A program made the translations under genes and the position numbers. Below the pieces are notes generated by a model. The model did not search any database and was not told where the DNA came from. It was given only the letters and a program-made list of their open reading frames with translations. Source: Octopus vulgaris (lineage: Eukaryota). Taken from it: 64,000 bases of DNA. The stretch is taken from contig OX597817.1 in NCBI GenBank assembly GCA_951406725.2, positions 140,368,001 through 140,432,000 on the forward strand, read 5' to 3'. Below, piece after piece: positions 56,751 through 64,000 of the stretch (position 1 is its first letter; the number at the start of each line of letters is the position of its first letter).

Positions 56751-57285
56751 AGTATATATCGTATATATCGTGCATGCGCCAGTCAGCTCGTAGGATCGAC
56801 TGCCTACGTCTGGCTAGCACGGACGCGCGTCTGCGCGTGTGCGCAAACCGGGTCCAGTCTACGCTACTAGTACCGACTTGATTTTCAAGATGTACGTAAA
56901 TTTGACCTGTGGAAGTCTGCGTACTTATGAACTCTGGACGTACCTGTGTGAGGAAAGTAAGCCTTTTTCAAATATTTTTTAATAAATTTTATTAATTCAA
57001 AAAAAAAATTTTAATCATCAGATAAAATCTTTTTTAGTCGGTGAATTTTTAGTCGTTACATTTAACTTTTGATAAACCGTTCTATTTGTATTTTATTAGG
57101 ATATATATTTTTCATTCTGTGATTTTATGGATTCGTATTAATTTTTATGTATTTGTAGAGCATGGTTTTTTTAAGTATTTGATTAAATGTTTGAGGGGTG
57201 GTGTTTTATGTAAAGTCGTTGACCCAAAATTAATGTTTGTTCTATAACCAATGGTTCTTTGTGTGTGTGTGTGTGTGTGTGTGTG

Positions 57286-57553
57286 TGGAGGCGCAATGGC
57301 CCAGTGGTTAGGACAGCGGACTCATGGTCGTAGGATCGCGGTTTCGATTCCCAGACCGGGCGTTGTGAGTGTTTATTGAGTGAAAACACCTAAAGCTCCA
57401 CGAGGCTCCGGCAGGGGGTGGGGTGGCGATCCCTGCTGTATTATTTCGTCGCAACTTTCTCTCACTCTGTTGGCTAAAACAATGCGAAGCGCACTTTGAC
57501 CAGTGATGTGTAGCAACATCTGATAGCCTGGTCGGTCACGGTGATCATGGTGA
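57286..57553 (+). mobile_element. SINE family C (tail type 3)
   Basis: Head shared with 5684 and 26639; distinct tail ending GGTGATCATGGTGAT. Confidence 0.85.
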
Positions 57554-57574
57554 TATATATATATATATATATAT

Positions 57575-58086
57575 ACCACCTCTACCCCCACCTTCTACCT
57601 ACTCACGTACCCCAACTCTACCCCAACCCTCAGCCGAACCCACACCCCACCTGTGCTTTCCTAACTCTCGCCTCCCCCACACCCCAACAACATTACACAT
57701 CACATCACAACATACCATCCACACACCAGCACTGACCAATTCCCATCCCCACATTTTCACACCTACACGTACATACACGCACACCTCCAGACCACCAGCC
57801 TTCTTTCACACGCGCATACACACACGCATTGGGGGTCATCTTTACTTTGTTATCTCCCCTACTTCTTCGCACTCTTGTGTGACCCTTCTGTCCGGCAGTC
57901 AGTCGCCATGATAGATCGTTAGCCACTATACACATTTTTTCTCTCCTTGTTTTTTCTGTGTCCCTTTCTGTAGATGAGCGTCGGCTCGAAACGTAAAAGA
58001 CTTTTTCTATTCCTGAGTGTTATACTAATACATCTGTTTGTTTTGTACACCACCTGTCTTCGTCCTGTGTTTTTTTCGTAAACTCT

Positions 58087-58090
<4 letters not shown>
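57575..58090 (+). mobile_element. Long H1 PLE terminus; HHR-like motif 57964-57999
   Basis: CTTT-CTGTAGA-T-GAGC-GTCG-GCTC-GAAA-CG-TA-AAAG; ends GTAAACTCTCCCT(AT)n; (TA)n at 5' side. Confidence 0.78.
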
Positions 58091-58125
<35 letters not shown>

Positions 58126-58636
58126 CATAGTATGTAACATCACCTTTATTAGCTTACACCTCTTATATAGTATGTACAATCACGTATATATATGTGTGTG
58201 TATGTATATTAATTCATAGATACAGAAACATATATATATACATGCTTATATATATATTCGTACGTATATGCATATGTATATAATAAACTCACATTTTTCT
58301 ACCGTATACCTATACACAAAGTACGTGTGTGTGTGTGTGTGTTTGTGCACACGCCCGTTTGTTTGCGTGTATGTGTGTGTGTGTGTGTGTTATCGAGTTG
58401 AGGTAAGCTGTAACAATAAAGATGCTTCGTTGTTACTGTTAGTGTCACATGTGCGAGAATATTCGTCTTTCTCTGGAAGAAACTGAAAAAGATATTAGCA
58501 TTGATTGAAAAATTGCAATGAAAGCAGATGTGAGTGTAAAAGGATATTGTCTATTGTTATGGTAAACAGCAGAACCGACCAACTTTCAATGGTTTACAAT
58601 TCAATACTGTTCACCATACAATTTAGATGAAGTGTC

Positions 58637-59032
<396 letters not shown>

Positions 59033-59034
<2 letters not shown>

Positions 59035-59268
59035 GGCGTCGAGCTGGCATGGCAGAATCATTAGCGTGCCGGGCGAAATGCTTAGCGGTATTTCGTCTGC
59101 CGTTACGTTCTGAGTTCAAATTCCGCCGAGGTCGATTTTCATCCTTTCGGGATCGATAAATTAAGTACCAGTTACGCACTGGGGTCGATGTAATCGACTC
59201 AATATCTTTGTTTGTCCTTGTTTGTCCCCTCTGTGTTTAGCCCTTTGTGGGTAATAAAGAAATAGGTA
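59033..59268 (+). mobile_element. SINE family A, tandem to previous copy, followed by a partial internal duplication (~59266-59320)
   Basis: Matches consensus. Confidence 0.88.
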
Positions 59269-60183
59269 TTTCGCCCGTCTTTATGTTCTGAGTTCAAATT
59301 CCGCCAATTTCGACTTTCTTTTTCACTAATTCTTCACATATTTCAATATCAAGAATTGTTAATGAGGAATTGTGGTTGGAATGGATCGAGATATTTCTTA
59401 AAGTGCAAAGGTTACAGCGACCAGCATTGCTTTATTTGTCATTCCAAACAGGTTTCTCGCAGAGTTTTATTGCACTGCCATTTCCATACACAGCTTTTTG
59501 CGATGTGTTTATGTATGGCATTGATTTTCTGTCCTGATTTCAAACAGTTGAACCATTGCCCAACTACCTTCTACTTCTTGCCTGTGAATATATTGCGAAT
59601 ATATATATATATATATATATCCCAGTTTTGCTACAATAAGACAAACAGACAGAAATGATGTGATCTATTGTCTCCTGATATTTACTGCACATTCTGACAT
59701 AACCATTTACCTTCTTCTTTGTTGTATTTCTTTAGCAGCCGATCACTGACGTCTTATGTTTAGGCTTTCAGTTCTCGACTTCGCAGCCATTGTTCTTTTA
59801 CTTCTACATCGACTAACAACCTTCAAACCTATTCATATTCCGTTCTGCTTAGAAAGAGGTTGTTATACTTTCTCGTTTTTCATTAATATGTATTAGAATT
59901 CCTTTCTCTTCTCTTTCCTTTTCAACCTTTAAAATGCGATACATGTATATTAATTTTTTTTTTCAATCTACTTAGATTCTGTTTCTTAACGATACACGCA
60001 GAAAAATTAAAATGCTTTGAATTCATTATTACGGCAAATATTTTACCTTTCCCCTTTCCAAATTAGTCCTTTTTTAGCATATTTTGTATAATTATTTTCT
60101 TGTACAAAAAGTTCATTCTTATCTATGCATCACAAATACCATTATATATATCTTTATATTTATCTGTCTACATTTATAGCTAC

Positions 60184-60284
<101 letters not shown>

Positions 60285-60321
60285 CTGTCTTCCTTCCTCT
60301 CTATGTGTGTATGTGTGTGTG

Positions 60322-60391
<70 letters not shown>

Positions 60392-60567
60392 CTTCAGAAA
60401 TGTGAATTTACGATTGCCATTATCATACAGGCTGCAATGTAAATATTTCATAGGCAGGCTCCCAGTAGAGAATATGGCTGATATCAGATGTTTTTTCAGA
60501 AGGAAGGAAGACAGTAGAATTTGTGTGTATGTATGTATGTATGTATGTATGTATGTATGTATGTATG

Positions 60568-60625
<58 letters not shown>

Positions 60626-61036
60626 GACGCATCTGCAGACTTGTATATATCTAAAAACTTTTAGATATATACATATATGGAAACGTGTAACACACTAAAA
60701 AAAAATCATCGAACATTGTCCATTAGCAACAGATGGTGTGTTAAACAAGCAATCATTTAACGAACGTCTTAACACCACAAATTTCACTGTCTCAGTTGTG
60801 TGCGAATGTATATATACATACATGTGTGCGTATACATACATACATACATACATACATATATGTATGTATGTAGGTAGGTTTATACATACTGATATTTATC
60901 TATATAATATTGTTGGAGTTCATTCGCCCGTAATACATTAATTAGTTAGAGAGGTGGAGTGAGTTAGAGAGAGAGGGGACGGGAAGAGTGAAGTGTCAAC
61001 GATGTACAATGGCTGCTGGGTCAGGAATACTTATTA

Positions 61037-61258
61037 ATTTCTTTATTACCCACAAGGGGCTAAATATAGAGGGGACAGACAAACGGATTCAGCCGATTAC
61101 ATCGACCCCAGTGCGTAACTGGTACTTAATTTATCGACCCCGAAAGTATGAAAGGCAAAGTCGACCTCGGCAGAATTTGAACTGAGAACGTAACGGCAGA
61201 CGAAATACCGCTACGCATTTCGCCCGGCGTGCTAACGTTTCTTCCAGCTCGTCGCCTT
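61037..61258 (-). mobile_element. SINE family A with 19-bp TSD
   Basis: GGGTCAGGAATACTTATTA at 61018-61036 and 61260-61278. Confidence 0.93.
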
Positions 61259-61786
61259 CGGGTCAGGAATACTTATTACGTGGTTAAAAGTTAGCTGAAG
61301 GGAAAGGTAGATAGAAAAAGAGATGGACAGGGGAGGCAGTTATACCGAGAGAGTGGGAGAAGCATATAGCAACGGTGGTGGTGTGTTGATAGTGAAAAGT
61401 ATTTGTTATTGAACTATTATTTTGATAGCGACCATCGCTAAATGCAAAAGGGCAATTATTTGTCGTCTGCTCGTTTAAAAAATTGATATTTGCTTACAAC
61501 GATTAATTTATCTTAAACTCTGGGTTCACAAGAAACACGGTCACAAGCTGCCCGAAAAAAGATGCGCAGATATAGAGCACGAATCCGAGAGGATGAGTGA
61601 GAAAATATAAACATGTATGTTTGTATTACTGTATGCATACACGAATGCATACAGTATGCAAGACTATCAGGGCGGACGCACGGCCTTTCTTTAGCCTTCT
61701 GAAATTCCCTTTTTGTCCTCATTTTTCCTGTAGTACATCAATTTGCAAAGATATATTTTGAAGTCTTGAAGTTTCACTGCTACAAT

Positions 61787-61825
<39 letters not shown>

Positions 61826-61827
<2 letters not shown>

Positions 61828-62109
61828 ATAAAACGGTAAGATAACAAAAGAAAGAAAGAGACCTCAATATTATGTAAATAGAGGAAATTTATCTATACAA
61901 TATGTTACATTACTCGGTAGTCAAGATAAAACTCTGAGTTTCAGATGCCGAAGTGGAAATCCACAACACCATCTCTTCGGTTATCTGGCTATTTTTCATA
62001 ACGTTTTCAAATAGCCAGATAACCGAAGAGATGGTGTTGTGGATTTCCACTTCGGCATCTGAAACTGAGAGTTTTATCTTGACTACCGAGTAATGTAACA
62101 TATTGTATA
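61826..62109. mobile_element. Fold-back element: tail 61826-61893, arms 61894-61994 / 62009-62109, one outward-facing HHR per arm
   Basis: 101-bp inverted repeat with one mismatch, 14-nt spacer, (TA)n both sides. Confidence 0.85.
62017..62079 (+). ncRNA. Type-I HHR with U4C core (mirror copy 61924-61986, minus strand)
   Basis: AGATAA-CCGAAGA-GATG..CATC-T-GAAA-CTGAGAG-TT-TTATCT: 6-bp stem I, GUU triplet, extra U before GAAA. Confidence 0.7.
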
Positions 62110-62214
62110 TATATATAATATATATGGGAAGTGCCGCTATAGTAATGGGCGTCGAATCTTTCTGTCTAAACTACAAAGAACATATATAATACCCCACATA
62201 TATTCATATGTGTG

Positions 62215-62253
<39 letters not shown>

Positions 62254-63254
62254 AACCACATATATATACATACATACATACACACATATAGGTATATAGG
62301 TAGCGAGAGAGTGTGAGACAACTTTGTTCGTGGTCAATCTTAGGTAGAACTCTATCGTAGAATGGCGACAACGAGAGGTGAATTGTGTCTTGTAGAGGCA
62401 TTTACTCAAATGTAACTCGAATCTTATTAACGAACCTAATGAATTATTGAATCGCTATTCTCATTTATTTATCAAAACATTCTTAAAATTTCCACGTGAA
62501 AATCTCACTTTACTTACTTGGGTATTAATAAATAAACTCTGTATCTAAGTTACAGTATTAATGACTCTTCCTCTTTCTTCTAAATTAATTTAATATTGCA
62601 ATATAATAAGCGTTCTTCTAACTAATTTTAAAATTTTAATCCGGTTCCTTAATTATTACATCAAACGTAACTCGTTCTAATCTTTATTTAATCAAATTTA
62701 TTTAATTGAATTCACTTTAGCGGTTGTTAACCTGATATTTCTCTACAAAATGTCACTTCGCACTTAGTTGACTTTTCTCTCTTGCTTCCTCTAGTTCACT
62801 GTGCGCTCTTCTCCGCCTCTGACTGGCCACTAAGCAGACATATTGAATAGCAGTTATTTTTCCTGAGAGTTTTTCTTACAGTAGCCTAAAGTAACATTTG
62901 ATGGCGACTTCATCTCACAGAACTGTGAACTGGACACGAAGATAATAAACAAGACAACGTAATTTGATTTTGTCCGTTATCTACAATGCTCTTCCGCAAA
63001 CTTTTTGGTAGTTTTCAACAAAAAAAAAACCCAAAAAAACCAAACAGGATTACTTTGATTCTCCAGCGGGAACGATCGAGGGATAACTGCTGCATTAATC
63101 AATTAACTGAATAATCAATTGAACTGTTATGCATACAAACCATTCTATGATTTGTATACAGTTACTCAAGCCATTTCAAATATATAAGGGAATAAAGTTA
63201 TATAACAATATAATTCTTCATACTTTGTCTGATTATATGATTATTATACATACA

Positions 63255-63292
<38 letters not shown>

Positions 63293-63295
<3 letters not shown>

Positions 63296-63430
63296 TCTCT
63301 CCTTGTTTTTTCTGTGTCCCTTTCTGTAGAAGAGCGTAGGCTCGAAACGTAAAAGACTTTTACTATTCCTGAGCGTTATACTAATACATCTGTTTGTCTT
63401 CGTCTTTTGTTTTTTTCGTAAACTCTCCCT
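63293..63430 (+). mobile_element. PLE-terminus family H1; HHR-like motif 63320-63355
   Basis: Same motif as other H1 copies; (TA)n both sides. Confidence 0.78.
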
Positions 63431-63449
63431 ATATATATATATATATATA

Positions 63450-63908
63450 ATTGTTAAACAGGACGTCAAACATTAAGGCGAGGCAAACATCTCAATTCAT
63501 ATAAAATATTATTACAGGAAGAAATTCAAAATCTTACAGCTGTTTCTGGGATATCCCTGAGTATGGGATACTCCGTCATCAGAGACATATTGGAGGAACC
63601 AATCTCATTTTCCATATCCCCTCCCCCAATATATCTCTGATGACGGAGTATCTCATACACAGGGATATCCCAGAAACAGCTGTAAGATTTTGAATTCCTT
63701 CCTGTAATAATACTGTATATGAGTTGAGATGTTTGCCTCGCCTTAAAGTTTGACGTCCTCTTTAACAATAATATATCCGCTGCATCGGAAATCTGCAAGG
63801 GCTCCATGACTACCGTCTCAGCTACAACCTTGGAGCCCTAGTAATCCGTTACAGCACTCACCTAGCGTACCTAATCGTTTAGATCACCTGTGAACTAAAC
63901 CCCCCATA

Positions 63909-63915
<7 letters not shown>
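63450..63915. mobile_element. Fold-back element: arms 63450-63593 / 63626-63769, tail to ~63915, one outward-facing HHR per arm
   Basis: ~144-bp inverted repeat with scattered mismatches, 32-nt spacer, (TA)n both sides. Confidence 0.82.
63633..63688 (+). ncRNA. Type-I HHR with canonical CUGAUGA core (mirror copy 63531-63586, minus strand)
   Basis: ATCT-CTGATGA-CGGAGTATC..GATATCCCA-GAAA-CAGCTG-TA-AGAT; stem-II closing pair non-canonical. Confidence 0.7.
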
Positions 63916-63946
<31 letters not shown>

Positions 63947-64000
63947 AGACTTCGGGATTGTTTACAAATATTACAAACAGTTAAATATCTATACATTAAT

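Overview
AT-rich eukaryotic (metazoan) DNA saturated with microsatellites and retroposons. The SINE families and (TA)n/(CA)n/(TAA)n density suggest an octopus/coleoid cephalopod genome (inference). Almost all ORFs in the supplied track are microsatellite artefacts. No complete host gene is visible; there is one candidate minus-strand exon (233-302) and a candidate promoter (~2100-2310). Recognisable content: three tRNA-derived SINE families (>20 copies), fragments of CRE-, RTE-, I-group and R4/Dong-type non-LTR retrotransposons, an internally deleted DD41D Tc1/mariner element, a MITE carrying telomeric repeats, and several Penelope-like element (PLE, GIY-YIG) relics. The main signal is about 19 minimal type-I hammerhead-ribozyme (HHR)-like motifs, folded by eye, in at least six sequence-distinct PLE-terminus families. 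Several have variant cores (U3:A8, U4C, A6U). Six fold-back elements sit in (TA)n tracts and share one architecture: arm, spacer, inverted arm, plus a tail on one side only. Where HHRs are present they point outward. One fold-back element still encloses an open RT-thumb/GIY-YIG ORF, linking the non-coding hairpins to PLE retrotransposition. All folds and alignments were done by eye and ribozyme activity is untested.
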